DNA of 64,000 nucleotides from Oscillospiraceae bacterium (GTDB lineage: Bacteria; Bacillota; Clostridia; Oscillospirales; CAG-272). The DNA is taken from assembly GCA_015063805.1 (NCBI GenBank), contig SVTK01000015.1, forward strand, positions 12,188-76,187, read 5' to 3'. The notes under the pieces were generated by a model, which worked only from the letters and a program-made list of their open reading frames with translations, did no database searches and had not been told where the DNA came from. The translations under genes were made by a program, and so were the position numbers. Below are positions 1-10,049 of the stretch, one piece after another. The first letter of the stretch is position 1. Every line of letters begins with the position of its first letter.

Positions 1-913
1 ACTCTTCCAGGTTGACGATGGATGCACCGTCATCCAGGGTAAGCAGCCCCTGCTCGCGCAGCTTTTCCACCTGTGCCGGCATTTTGTCGGTATAGAAGCT
101 CTCGCCTTTGTAGCTGTCAAATGTGATGCCCAGCTGTTTGTAGGTCTTCTCGTACTCGGCCAGAGAAATATCCACAAACCAGCGCCAAAGTGCCAGATTT
201 TCCTCGTCACCCTCCTCCAGCTTGTGGAACTCGGCGCGAGCCTCGTCGCCAAGGACAGGATCGGCGGGGATTCCCTTTTCCTCATTGCCGGAGATCGCAT
301 TATTGATCCGCACATAAAGTGCTACCAGCTCATCAATGCCGCCCTGCTCGATCAGCTCACGGTTGCCCCACTTTTTGTAGGCAACGATCAGCTTGCCGAA
401 CTGGGTTCCCCAGTCGCCGAGGTAGTTGATACCCGTGCAATGGTAACCCACAAACTCATGCAGGCACTTCAGGGAATGGCCGATGACGGTGGTGCCCAGG
501 TGGCCGATGTGGAAGGGCTTGGCCACGTTGGGGGAGGAATAGTCGAGGACGACCTCCTTGCCCGCGCCGATATCGGAGGAGCCGTACTTCTCCCGCTCGG
601 CAAGGATGCGGGTCAGCACGTTCTCGCCCAGCCAGGCGGGATCAAGATAGAGGTTGAAGTAACCGTTAACCGCCTCAGCACGCTCTACGCCGGCACAGGC
701 AAAGCCTTCGGCGATGGCGGCGGCGATCTGTACGGGGGAACGGCGCATGGTCTTGCTCAGCTTGAAGCAAGGCAGAGCCAGGTCACCCATTTTGGGATCG
801 GGGGGATATTCGAGCATGGCGGCCAGTTCTGCCGCCGTGGGTGCACCGTCGGGATTGAGGGTGCGGAGCCGATCAACGCATTGCTCGGCGATGGTCAATT
901 TCAAAGTCTGCAT
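1..913 (-). CDS. argS: arginyl-tRNA synthetase (5' part; continues beyond window start)
   Basis: Hand translation of minus strand from ATG at 913 (MQTLKLTIAEQ...) gives VLDYSSPNVAKPFHIGHLGTTVIG (class I HIGH motif, ArgRS context) and NYLGDWGTQFG; GGAAAGG RBS; not in the ORF track because it is truncated. Confidence 0.95.
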   Translation of the reverse strand, partial: MQTLKLTIAEQCVDRLRTLNPDGAPTAAELAAMLEYPPDPKMGDLALPCFKLSKTMRRSPVQIAAAIAEGFACAGVERAEAVNGYFNLYLDPAWLGENVLTRILAEREKYGSSDIGAGKEVVLDYSSPNVAKPFHIGHLGTTVIGHSLKCLHEFVGYHCTGINYLGDWGTQFGKLIVAYKKWGNRELIEQGGIDELVALYVRINNAISGNEEKGIPADPVLGDEARAEFHKLEEGDEENLALWRWFVDISLAEYEKTYKQLGITFDSYKGESFYTDKMPAQVEKLREQGLLTLDDGASIVNLEE

Positions 914-989
914 AATAACCTTTCCTTACTGCCCGCAATTCGGGCGAAACCGTAATTGTTCAAGCACGGATGTGCTAAAATTGATCGAC

Positions 990-1130
990 TTATTTGCGGC
1001 GTTTGCCCATGAGCAGAACGACGACCAGCAGCACGACGCAAATCGCACCGCCAATCCCCACAACGGTCATAATCTGGTCACCCGTGGCGGGAGAAGACAT
1101 AATCAGAAGCGGCAAATTCGTTGTTTCCAT
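990..1130 (-). CDS. 46-aa micro-protein consisting almost entirely of a sortase-type sorting signal
   Basis: METTNLPLLIMSSPATGDQIMTVVGIGGAICVVLLVVVLLMGKRRK*; AGAAAGGA RBS upstream; SPATGD + hydrophobic helix + KRRK tail. Confidence 0.75.
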   Translation of the reverse strand: METTNLPLLIMSSPATGDQIMTVVGIGGAICVVLLVVVLLMGKRRK

Positions 1131-1163
1131 TTTATTTTTCCTTTCTGTATCTTTGGATTAATT

Positions 1164-1643
1164 TCATCGGACGGTAAGATCGGCGATCTTCGCGCCGGTG
1201 AAGCGAAGGATCTCCTCGGCGGAAAGCAAAAGCTGGCAGCCGCGGACCCCCGCGCTGACGGTCATCTTTTCCTGTTCTGTCACCGCGGCATCAAACCACG
1301 TTGGGAATTTTTTCTTCATCCCCACAGGGGAGCAGCCCCCGCGGATATAGCCGGTCAGCCCCAGCAGATCCTTGACCGCAATCATTTCCAGCTTTTTGTT
1401 GCCGGTGGCAGCGGCGGCGCGCTTCAGGTCGATCTCTTTGGCGCAGGGGATCACCAGCACAATGGGGCCTGTTTTGTCCCCCTTCGCCACCAGGGTCTTG
1501 AAGACGATCTCCACGGGCAGGCCGATCTGTTCGGCAATGTGTACCCCGGAGAGGTCGCTCTCGTCCACCTCGTAGGTCATGGGTTCGTATTTGATCTTTG
1601 CCACGTCCAGCTGGCGCATGGCATTGGTTTTATTCATGTTCAT
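1164..1643 (-). CDS. ybaK: Cys-tRNA(Pro) deacylase YbaK/EbsC
   Basis: KTNAMRQLD start, VFKTLV, GYIRGGCSPVGMKK, VSAGVRG motifs. Confidence 0.93.
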   Translation of the reverse strand: MNMNKTNAMRQLDVAKIKYEPMTYEVDESDLSGVHIAEQIGLPVEIVFKTLVAKGDKTGPIVLVIPCAKEIDLKRAAAATGNKKLEMIAVKDLLGLTGYIRGGCSPVGMKKKFPTWFDAAVTEQEKMTVSAGVRGCQLLLSAEEILRFTGAKIADLTVR

Positions 1644-3348
1644 TCACCTCCCCGGAAAGGGTGTGCCGCTCGCGAAGCAGCTCGGCGGCGGCTTCCCGCT
1701 GACGGTCAGTAACGGTGATCCCGCCCATAATCCGGGCGATCTCTCCTACCCGCTCCTCCTCGGCCAGCCGGCGCAGGGAGGATTCCATGCGGCCGTCCCG
1801 CTCCGCTTTGGCGATGAGCAGATGGACATCTGCCATGGAGGCCACCTGGGCCGAATGGGTCACGCAGATCACCTGGGTATCCCGGGCAATGTCCGAGAGA
1901 AGCAAACCGATCTTTCGGGCGGTCTTGCCCGAGATGCCGGTATCGATTTCATCGAAAACAATGGTCCCTACCCCGTCCCGGTCGGCCAGCACTCGCTTAA
2001 GCGCCAGCAAAATACGGGAGAGCTCGCCCCCCGAGGCAATCTTCGCCATGGGCAGCAGAGGCTCGCCGGGGTTGGCTGCCAGCAGAAATTCCACATCGTC
2101 GCCGCCGTCCGGGGCAAATTTGGTTTTTCCGTCGGGCTCGCGTCGAGGCGTCACCGCCGCAGAGAAGCGAACCTTGGGCATATCTAAGAAAGTGAGGGTG
2201 CGGAGAACCTCTTCTCTGAGGCGTTCTGCCGCCGCGGTACGGCTCTCCCGCAGAGCAGCAGAGGCTCGCTCGGCGGCAGCTGTCAGGACAGCAATTTCTT
2301 TTTTCAAAGCATCTGCCCGCTCATCGGCAGAGTTGAGTTCCTCCAGCTCCTCGGCAGCCCGGGCACGGAAGGCCAAAATCTCCCGCTCATCGGCACCGTA
2401 CTTCCGCTTCAGCTTGGAGATGGCGTCCAGCCGTCCCTCGATGCGGTTGAGCCGCGCGGTGGGATCTCCGTCATCGTCAGGGGCAAGGTCGCTCACCAGC
2501 TCGGCAATGTCCGCCACCTCATAGCGGCAGTTTTCCAACCGCTGGGCCAGAGCATCGGCCTCGGGGACCACGTCAGCGATCTGCCGCATGGCAGACAGGG
2601 CGCGGTCCAGCAGGGCAACCGCCGCTCCCTTCTCGGCCTGGGACAGAATCCGTGCCGTCAGGGAAACATGGCGGGATATTTTCTCAATATTCTGCAGACG
2701 CAGGGATTCGGCGGTGAGCTTTTCCTCTTCTCCCACCACCGGTTTGACTGCGTCAATGTCGGCAATCTGATAGGCAAGCATTTCGGCGCGACGCGCCTTC
2801 TCTGCCCCGTCTATGGAAATGGCGTTCAGGGCATGGCGGGCGGCCTGCAGGGCTTCGTAGCATCGGCTGTACTCGGCACGTTGGGCATCGTTGCCCGCGT
2901 AGGCATCCAAAAGGGAGAGATGCGCGGCCTTCTGCAGCAGGGTCTGCCCCTCGTGCTGGCCGTTGATACAGAGCAGGATGCGGCCGATTTCCCGCTGGAG
3001 GGCCAGGGTAATACTGCGCCCATTGAGACGGGTCTGGGAGCGGCCGTCGGCGGTCACCGTCTTCTGCAGGAGCAGCCCCCCCTCCTCATCGGGGGAAACG
3101 CCAAGCTCGGCCAGGGCGGCCACAGCCTCCCCGTCAAGCCCGCAGAACAGAGCCTCCACCACAGCGCGATCAGCGCCGGTACGGATGAGATCGCGGCTCG
3201 GTCGGTTCCCCAACAGCAGGTTGATGCTGTCCAGAATCACCGATTTACCGGCCCCCGTCTCTCCCGTCAGTACGGTAAAGCCGGGTGTCAGATCCACGTC
3301 CAGCTGCCGGATCACCGCCATATTTTCAATGTGCAGGGATGCAAGCAC
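1630..3348 (-). CDS. recN: DNA repair protein RecN
   Basis: Walker A LTGETGAGKS, signature ASGGELSR, Walker B VFDEIDTG, CVTHSAQVA; GTG start at 3348 after GAGGTGG. Confidence 0.97.
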   Translation of the reverse strand: MLASLHIENMAVIRQLDVDLTPGFTVLTGETGAGKSVILDSINLLLGNRPSRDLIRTGADRAVVEALFCGLDGEAVAALAELGVSPDEEGGLLLQKTVTADGRSQTRLNGRSITLALQREIGRILLCINGQHEGQTLLQKAAHLSLLDAYAGNDAQRAEYSRCYEALQAARHALNAISIDGAEKARRAEMLAYQIADIDAVKPVVGEEEKLTAESLRLQNIEKISRHVSLTARILSQAEKGAAVALLDRALSAMRQIADVVPEADALAQRLENCRYEVADIAELVSDLAPDDDGDPTARLNRIEGRLDAISKLKRKYGADEREILAFRARAAEELEELNSADERADALKKEIAVLTAAAERASAALRESRTAAAERLREEVLRTLTFLDMPKVRFSAAVTPRREPDGKTKFAPDGGDDVEFLLAANPGEPLLPMAKIASGGELSRILLALKRVLADRDGVGTIVFDEIDTGISGKTARKIGLLLSDIARDTQVICVTHSAQVASMADVHLLIAKAERDGRMESSLRRLAEEERVGEIARIMGGITVTDRQREAAAELLRERHTLSGEVNEHE

Positions 3349-3361
3349 CCGCTCCACCTCC

Positions 3362-3817
3362 TTACATCATTTGAATCATGGACTTGATCTTCTCGCAGGT
3401 CTTCTCGGCGGTACCTGCGTCACGGATGACCACGATGATCGTGTCGTCCCCCGCCACACAGCCGAGAATCTCGTTGGATTTGATGGTATCAATCCCCGTA
3501 GCAACGGCGTTCGCCATGCCCGAGGCGGTTCGGATGACCACAATGTTCCCCGCGCAGTCCACCCCGGTAATGGATTCCACCAGGGCGCTGTTGAAACGGG
3601 TGTTTACGGTGGTTTCAGCCATGGCGGGGCGAACATATTTGTAGGTTCCCTCCCCCGTCATCACCTTGGACAGCTTCAGTTCGCGGATGTCCCGGGAGAT
3701 GGTAGCCTGGGTAGCGGGATATCCCGCCGCCTGAAGACGCTCGATGAGATTATCCTGGGTCTCGATATCGTACTGCACGATCAGCTCAAGAATTTTATCC
3801 TGTCTTCTGTTTTTCAT
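3362..3817 (-). CDS. argR: arginine repressor
   Basis: TQATISRDIRELKL HTH and GCVAGDDTI arginine-binding motif; canonical nadK-argR-recN order. Confidence 0.97.
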   Translation of the reverse strand: MKNRRQDKILELIVQYDIETQDNLIERLQAAGYPATQATISRDIRELKLSKVMTGEGTYKYVRPAMAETTVNTRFNSALVESITGVDCAGNIVVIRTASGMANAVATGIDTIKSNEILGCVAGDDTIIVVIRDAGTAEKTCEKIKSMIQMM

Positions 3818-3830
3818 AGGTCCTCCTCCG

Positions 3831-4712
3831 TCATTTTCCGCCGCTGAGCTTTTGTCTCAGGGTCATGTAAAAGCTGCGTTCCTTCACGCGGAGCAGCTTG
3901 GTGGTCCGCTCGGCGCGGACAACGCGGACGCAGTCACCGCGGCGAAGCTCAAAATTGGCCTTTCCGTCCACGGTAAGATAGAGCATTTTCTCTCGCTCGC
4001 ATATGTTCTTTGCTTCCAACACGGCGTCATCGGGGAAGATCAGGGGCCGTGCGGTCAGGCTGTGGGAGCAGATGGGGGTCACGCAGATACAGCGCTGACG
4101 GGGATCGATGATGGGGCCGCCGGCCGACATGGAGTAGGCGGTAGAGCCGGTGGGGGTGGCAAAGATCAGCCCGTCCGCCCGATAGGTGGAGAGAACGGTG
4201 CCCCCCTCACAGAGTTCAAGGTCCACCAGCCGGGCTACCGAGCCGTTGGTGATCACGGCATCGTTTAAGGCATAGGCCACTGCGGCGGGTTCCTGACTCC
4301 CTCCCCGCAGAATCTCCACCTTGAGCATACTGCGCTCATCCACCTGGTAGTTTCCGCGGATGATCCCATCAAGGAGGTTCAGTTCGTCCATCTCAATCTC
4401 TGCCATGTAGCCCAGGCGGCCGAGGTTGACCCCCACCACGGGGACCCCCTCGGGGGAAGCCAAACGGGTGCCTTCAAGAATGCTCCCGTCTCCCCCCAGC
4501 ACCACCAGCAGATCAACTCCGCGGCATAGCGCGGAATAGGGGACAAAGCGCAGGCCCCGGCGGTTGCGGACAAGCCGCTGGACCCGCTCCCGGTTCTGCA
4601 CCGCCACATAAATCTCGCACCCCAGCTTCTGCAGGTGGTCGATCACCGAAACGGCGCAGTTGGCCTTTTCATAAATATTAAAATTGGTTTGCAGCGCGAC
4701 TTTTTTCATCAT
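3831..4712 (-). CDS. nadK: NAD kinase
   Basis: LGGDGSIL, ALNDAV, ADGLIFATPTGSTAYSMSAGGP motifs; start moved to ATG after GAAAGGA. Confidence 0.96.
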   Translation of the reverse strand: MMKKVALQTNFNIYEKANCAVSVIDHLQKLGCEIYVAVQNRERVQRLVRNRRGLRFVPYSALCRGVDLLVVLGGDGSILEGTRLASPEGVPVVGVNLGRLGYMAEIEMDELNLLDGIIRGNYQVDERSMLKVEILRGGSQEPAAVAYALNDAVITNGSVARLVDLELCEGGTVLSTYRADGLIFATPTGSTAYSMSAGGPIIDPRQRCICVTPICSHSLTARPLIFPDDAVLEAKNICEREKMLYLTVDGKANFELRRGDCVRVVRAERTTKLLRVKERSFYMTLRQKLSGGK

Positions 4713-4732
4713 CACGGGCAAAATCCTTTCTA

Positions 4733-5527
4733 TCATTGTCGTGTTTTGCCGTCCTCCAGCCACCGACGGATATCGGCGGGCTTGGGCAGACACACGCTGT
4801 CCGTTGTCCGGCGCAGGCAGGCCAGATACTCACGGTTTCCGTCGCCGCCGTCAATGGGGGAACGGATCAGGCCGTCCACCGCGAACCCGCACTCGGCGGC
4901 ACAGGTCAGCACGCGAAGGATTGCCGCCATACGGTCGGCTTCACGGCGCACGATGCCGCCGTGGCCGAGCGCCTCCCGTCCCGCCTCAAACTGGGGCTTG
5001 ATCAGGGAGATCAGACGGCCATCTCCGGTCAGAAGCGGTGCCAGCCCCGGCAGGATATAGGTTTGGGAGATGAAGGAAACATCCATCACCGCCAGGTCGT
5101 AGGGTGGGCACAAGGGGGCGGCGGAAAGATCCCTTGCGTTACAGTGCTCAAGGCAGAGCACCCGGGCATCGGCACGCAGAGTGGGGTGCAGCTGCCCTTC
5201 CCCCGCATCCAGGGCGGTAACGTGCACTGCGCCCTGCTGCAGCAGGCAATCGGTAAAGCCCCCAGTGGAGGCACCGATATCCAGGGCACGGAGTCCCGCA
5301 GGGGAGACTCCGAAGGCATCCAGAGCACCGGCCAGTTTCAGCCCGCCCCGGCTGACATAGGGCATGGGGTTGCGCACCTCCACTTGGTGCTCACCCTCAT
5401 CCACCTGCTCTGCCGGGCGGCGGAGTTGTCTGCCGTCCAGGTAGACATTCCCCTGGGCAATGGCGGCCTGCGCCATACTGCGGGAAGCAAAATGTCCCGC
5501 GCTGACCAGGTAAAGATCGGCTCGCAT
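4733..5527 (-). CDS. tlyA: TlyA-family rRNA (cytidine-2'-O)-methyltransferase
   Basis: S4 N-terminus RADLYLV, YVSRGGLKL, LDIGASTGGFTD, DVSFIS, IKPQFE, GGDGNREY. Confidence 0.95.
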   Translation of the reverse strand: MRADLYLVSAGHFASRSMAQAAIAQGNVYLDGRQLRRPAEQVDEGEHQVEVRNPMPYVSRGGLKLAGALDAFGVSPAGLRALDIGASTGGFTDCLLQQGAVHVTALDAGEGQLHPTLRADARVLCLEHCNARDLSAAPLCPPYDLAVMDVSFISQTYILPGLAPLLTGDGRLISLIKPQFEAGREALGHGGIVRREADRMAAILRVLTCAAECGFAVDGLIRSPIDGGDGNREYLACLRRTTDSVCLPKPADIRRWLEDGKTRQ

Positions 5528-5982
5528 TACCGCACCACCCACAAAATCAGGGAAATTGCGATTCCCAGCAGAGATCCCATGGTCACCTGAAATGGGGTGT
5601 GACCCACCAGTTCCTTGAGGCCTGTATTGATTTCCTCGGGTTTGCCCGAGAAGATTTCATTCATCATTTTGTTGATCAGTTTGGCCTGCTCACCCGTTTC
5701 CCAGCGCACCCCGGATGCATCCCGCATCACGACCATGGCAACCACAAAGGAAATGGCAAGCTCGGCGGAGGCAAATCCGTACTGCAGCGCGCAGCCTGTG
5801 GCAAGGGCGCATACGGTGGCGGAATGGGAGCTGGGCATACCACCCGACGCTACCAGCATACGCAGATCGAAGCGGTGGGTCTGAAACAGGTTGGTGAAAA
5901 TCTTGAGCACCTGTGCCACGCACCAGCCCAGAACCGCACAGACCAGGGGAAAATTGGACAAAATCGCGTCAAACGTGTACAT
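5527..5982 (-). CDS. divergent PAP2 family membrane protein (DUF212/YuiD-like)
   Basis: SGGMPSSHSA, VMRDASGVR, LKELVGHTP motifs; usual position after ispA. Confidence 0.9.
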   Translation of the reverse strand: MYTFDAILSNFPLVCAVLGWCVAQVLKIFTNLFQTHRFDLRMLVASGGMPSSHSATVCALATGCALQYGFASAELAISFVVAMVVMRDASGVRWETGEQAKLINKMMNEIFSGKPEEINTGLKELVGHTPFQVTMGSLLGIAISLILWVVR

Positions 5983-6008
5983 ATTGTATTCCTTTTCTTT
6001 GCCGTTTG

Positions 6009-6899
6009 TTACGACTGGCGTTCAAGAAGATAGTCGGCCAGGTCCAGCAGGATCTCGCTGCCGGAATAGGCAGCGATGGCAGCCTTGGCTTTTGCGGTGA
6101 GCTCGGCTGCATAAGCCTGTGCCTCAGCCACCGACATAAAGTGCATGAAGGTTGTCTTCCCCTGCTCGGCATCACTGCCGATGGGCTTGCCCAAAAGGGC
6201 TTCATTGCCGATGCAGTCCAGGATATCGTCAACAATCTGGAAGGCCAGGCCGATATTTTCGGCATAGGCAGAGGCGGCCGCGGCACGGTCGTCCTCCTCC
6301 GGTACGCCTGCGGCCAGGCATCCCAAGAGGGCTGCGGCCCGGATCAGCGCACCGGTCTTGCAGGCCTGCAGCTTCCGCAGCTGTTCCATGGTCATGGGAT
6401 GTTCCTCTCCCCACATATCTATCACCTGTCCGCCGATCATGCCGTCTGTTCCGGCCGAGCGGGCCAGCAGCTTGACCGCCGCCAAGGCGATGGCCGGGTC
6501 GACCTGTGCGTTGTTCGCCGCCGTCTCAAGGGCGCGAATGGACAGGGAGTCCCCCGCCAGCAGGGCCAGCGCCTCGCCGTACACCACATGATTGGTAGGC
6601 TTGCCACGGCGCAGGTTATCATCATCCATACAGGGAAGATCGTCATGAATCAGGGAGAAGCAATGCATCATTTCGATAGCGGCGGCAAAAGGAAGTGCGG
6701 CTTCGGCGGTTCCGCCGAACAGGCGGCAGAACTCCACCACAAGGAAGGGGCGGATTCGCTTCCCTCCCCCAAGCACGCTGTAACGCTCGGCCTCCTGGAT
6801 GCGTCCGTAGTCGGGATCATTGCCCGACAACAAAGCGGCAAGATGCGTCTCAACCGCAGCAGAATTTTGGCGCAATGCCTTGATCAGTTGCTCGGTCAT
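6009..6899 (-). CDS. ispA: farnesyl-diphosphate synthase
   Basis: [42 protein letters not shown]. Confidence 0.96.
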   Translation of the reverse strand: MTEQLIKALRQNSAAVETHLAALLSGNDPDYGRIQEAERYSVLGGGKRIRPFLVVEFCRLFGGTAEAALPFAAAIEMMHCFSLIHDDLPCMDDDNLRRGKPTNHVVYGEALALLAGDSLSIRALETAANNAQVDPAIALAAVKLLARSAGTDGMIGGQVIDMWGEEHPMTMEQLRKLQACKTGALIRAAALLGCLAAGVPEEDDRAAAASAYAENIGLAFQIVDDILDCIGNEALLGKPIGSDAEQGKTTFMHFMSVAEAQAYAAELTAKAKAAIAAYSGSEILLDLADYLLERQS

Positions 6900-7168
6900 G
6901 CCTTCGGACCTCCGAAATCGGTTTCGGTCATGCTGCCGTCGGGGGCGGCCTGCAGAAGCTTGATCTTCTGCTCCGCCTCATCCAGGCGGCGGTTGCAGAG
7001 CTTCACCAGAGAGATCCCCTCCTCGAACAGGGAGAGAGAGGTATCCAGGGGCGCCTGCCCCACCTCCAGGGCGCGGACGATCTCTTCCAGACGCGCAAGG
7101 GCGGTCTCAAAGCTTTGGGTTGTCTGATTTTCGGTCATGGGTTTATCCTCCGAAATTGATTCATTCAT
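6896..7168 (-). CDS. xseB: exodeoxyribonuclease VII small subunit
   Basis: [17 protein letters not shown]...[11 protein letters not shown]...LDEAEQKI. Confidence 0.95.
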   Translation of the reverse strand: MNESISEDKPMTENQTTQSFETALARLEEIVRALEVGQAPLDTSLSLFEEGISLVKLCNRRLDEAEQKIKLLQAAPDGSMTETDFGGPKA

Positions 7169-8408
7169 GGGCTCCTGTCTTGGGGAGCGGGGTCAGGGCG
7201 GTCACATTCGCCTGTGCCTCACCGTCGCTGAGGCGCAGGGTGATGGGCTGGCCGATTTCCAGCTGGTCAACCCGGCTCAAAAGCTCGCCGTTCTCGGCAA
7301 AAGCCGCCGAATAGCCACGGCCGAAGATGGCCAGGGGATTGAGGGCATCCAGCTTTACCGCCCGCTGTGCCAGGTCCGCGCGGCAAGCGTTCATCTTTAC
7401 CTGCACCGCGCGATCCAGCTTTTCGCTCAAATATACGAGATTCATGCGGCGGTCATCCAGCATGGCGGCGGGAGCCGAGAGCACCCGGGCACCGGAAAAA
7501 TAGCGCACCGCCTGGCGGCGCTGTTCGATCTGCCGCCCAAGCAGCAGTTCCATTCGCCCTACAATATTGTTGATCTTACGTTTGAGCTCGGCCGTCTCGG
7601 GCACCGCCAGTTCGGCAGCAGCCGAAGGCGTAGGTGCGCGGCGGTCTGAGACAAAATCGCAAATAGTAAAATCGGTTTCATGCCCCACCGCCGAGATCAC
7701 AGGCAAGTCGGATGCCGCGATGCAGCGGGCAAGGCCCTCATCGTTGAAGGCCCACAGGTCCTCAATGGATCCGCCGCCGCGGCCGATAATGATCACATCC
7801 ACGTTCCGCGCAGCGTTGAAATAATTGATTCCCGTAATCAGCTGGGGGGGGGCATCGCTGCCCTGCACCAGGGCGGGATAGAGCAGGATTTTGGCATAGG
7901 GAAAGCGGCGGCCAATGATATTGATCATATCCCGGATGGCCGCGCCGGTGGGAGAAGTGATAATCCCGATTCGCGTGGGAATTTTCGGCAGAGGTTTCTT
8001 GCGGGACTCGGCAAACAGCCCCTCGGCCTCCAGCTTCTTTTTGAGCTGTTCAAAGGCGAAGTAAAGCGAGCCAATGCCGTCGGGCTCCATGTCATCGGCG
8101 TAGAGTTGATACTGACCGTCCCGTACAAAAGCCGAGATGCGGCCATGTACCACCACCTTCATACCGTTCTCCGGTACAAAAGGCAGCTTCGAGGCCGAGG
8201 CGCGGAACATCACCGCCTTCAGCAGACTCCCCTCATCCTTGAGGGTGAAGTAAAAATGCCCGGTTTTATAGTGATTGGTGAAGTTGGAGATTTCCCCTTT
8301 GATGTAGACACTGCGGAGGAAATCCGCCCCTTCGATGAGAGTTTTGATGCAGGTATTGAGCTGGGTTACCGTCAGCACGTTGCGGTGGTCGGTGCGCATT
8401 TCATCCAT
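7161..8408 (-). CDS. xseA: exodeoxyribonuclease VII large subunit
   Basis: [57 protein letters not shown]. Confidence 0.97.
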   Translation of the reverse strand: MDEMRTDHRNVLTVTQLNTCIKTLIEGADFLRSVYIKGEISNFTNHYKTGHFYFTLKDEGSLLKAVMFRASASKLPFVPENGMKVVVHGRISAFVRDGQYQLYADDMEPDGIGSLYFAFEQLKKKLEAEGLFAESRKKPLPKIPTRIGIITSPTGAAIRDMINIIGRRFPYAKILLYPALVQGSDAPPQLITGINYFNAARNVDVIIIGRGGGSIEDLWAFNDEGLARCIAASDLPVISAVGHETDFTICDFVSDRRAPTPSAAAELAVPETAELKRKINNIVGRMELLLGRQIEQRRQAVRYFSGARVLSAPAAMLDDRRMNLVYLSEKLDRAVQVKMNACRADLAQRAVKLDALNPLAIFGRGYSAAFAENGELLSRVDQLEIGQPITLRLSDGEAQANVTALTPLPKTGAHE

Positions 8409-9363
8409 GGGCGGACACCTCCCCATGCTCTGCCGCGCGCCAGCCTAAGAGGGCTACCCCCGCCGCATTGTCGGCGGAGAAGGCGGGCTCGGCAAAATAG
8501 GCGTTTCCCTTTGCGCCGAGACGGGATTGCAGCATCCGGTTGCTCATCACGCCGCCGCCAAAAACGATAGGAATCTCGGGGAAGCGCAGACGGAGATCGT
8601 CCCGCATGGCCTCAAGGGTACGGGCAACAAATTCCATGGTAAAAGCCGCAACAAGGGCTTTGTCCCCGGTCTTTTCAAACAGCGATGCGGCCATATTCTC
8701 TGCCCCTGACAGGTTACAGCGGCAATCCTTGACCGAGATACGTGGACGAGGGATCTGACGGGGATCGGCTTCGGCGGCAAGGGCCTCCAGGGCCGGGCCG
8801 CAAGGGAAACGAAGCCCCAGCATCACGCCAACCCGGTCGATGAGCTGTCCCGCATTGATGTCGGCAGTCTCACCCACCAGCTCCACCCCAAAGGATGTTC
8901 CCGTGGGACGGACAAAAAGCACCTCGGTGGTGCCGCCCGACACATGAAAGGCGGCAAACTCACCGTCAAGCAGTTCCTCAGCCCCTGCCGAATAGACAGC
9001 GGCCATAATGTGCCCGTTTTGATGGGAAACGGGAATCATGGGCTTACCGTAAGCTGCGCAGAGAGCGGAAGCAACCGCCTCACCGGCCAAAAAGCAGGGC
9101 ATATAGGAGCCCTCCTCATCCCGGGGCTTGGTGGAACAGGCCACCGCCGCCACTTCGGCATCTGCCAGGTATGGGGCGAGCTCAGCCATCAGCGACGGAA
9201 AATTCCGCACATGGGCAAACACCGCGTCACTTTGGCGCAGTCCCCGCTCTCCCTCCCGCACCGGAAGGGGACGCTTGAGGTTGGCAATGATCCGCCCTTC
9301 AGCGCAAATTGCCGCGGAGGTAGTATAATTGCTCGCGTCAACGCCAAGATAAAGGCGCTTCAT
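8401..9363 (-). CDS. TsaD/Kae1-like ASKHA protein (clostridial paralogue, peptidase M22 annotation)
   Basis: GVDASNYTTS, SHQNGH metal motif, HVSGGTT, GQLIDRVG, GGGVMSN, SADNAAGVA. Confidence 0.85.
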   Translation of the reverse strand: MKRLYLGVDASNYTTSAAICAEGRIIANLKRPLPVREGERGLRQSDAVFAHVRNFPSLMAELAPYLADAEVAAVACSTKPRDEEGSYMPCFLAGEAVASALCAAYGKPMIPVSHQNGHIMAAVYSAGAEELLDGEFAAFHVSGGTTEVLFVRPTGTSFGVELVGETADINAGQLIDRVGVMLGLRFPCGPALEALAAEADPRQIPRPRISVKDCRCNLSGAENMAASLFEKTGDKALVAAFTMEFVARTLEAMRDDLRLRFPEIPIVFGGGVMSNRMLQSRLGAKGNAYFAEPAFSADNAAGVALLGWRAAEHGEVSAHG

Positions 9364-9767
9364 TTTCTTGCCTCTTCGGACAGGGCGTGGAGAATGCCGT
9401 TGATAAAGCCGGGGGCGCGCTCGTCTTCATAGCGCTTAGCCAGCTCCACCGCCTCGTTGATCACCACATTGCGGGGGATCTCCGGCATATAGAGCAGCTC
9501 ATAGGCGGCAAGACGGAGAATATTGCGGGCAATCCGCGACATTCGCTCGGGCTTCCAGCTGCCCGAATATGCGGCGATCTTTTCGTCCAGCTCCTCACGG
9601 TGCGTGCAGACACCGTAGTATGCTGCAGAGATGTAGGCGTCAGCTTCAACGTCAATCTCGCGGTTTTCCACCGAAACGGCAAACACTGTCTCGGCATCGG
9701 AATCCTTCTGGAATTCACATTCATACAAAAGCGTAAAAACAATGTCCCGTGCTTCTTTTCTGGTCAT
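9360..9767 (-). CDS. nusB: transcription antitermination factor NusB
   Basis: TRKEAR N-terminus, ILRLAAYEL, VVINEAVELAKRY, FINGIL. Confidence 0.96.
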   Translation of the reverse strand: MTRKEARDIVFTLLYECEFQKDSDAETVFAVSVENREIDVEADAYISAAYYGVCTHREELDEKIAAYSGSWKPERMSRIARNILRLAAYELLYMPEIPRNVVINEAVELAKRYEDERAPGFINGILHALSEEARK

Positions 9768-9839
9768 GATAATCCTTTCCGCAGACCGTGCATTTTCCTG
9801 TCAGTCTGCGTTTTTTGCATAAATATCCATAATATATGT

Positions 9840-9868
9840 ATTATATCTCTTTTTGTGCGAAATGTCAA
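9840..9868 (-). promoter_or_regulatory. sigmaA promoter of nusB operon
   Basis: minus strand TTGACA-17-TATAAT. Confidence 0.8.
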
Positions 9869-10049
9869 GAAATATTGAAATTTTTTCGCCGTCTTTCCCC
9901 GCAGAAGCGGGCAATTCCTTCATCGGTGCAAAAAAGGTCCGCAATCGGGAAAATCTGCAAAAAAGTTACAGAATAAACTTGCTTTTTGCCTGCAAATGTG
10001 GTATGGTATATGCGGATTTCAATAAAAAATTTCACCAAAGAGGTTTGAA

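Noticed and set aside
914-989. T-box riboswitch upstream of argS
   Set aside because: gap too short and no T-box consensus/terminator visible
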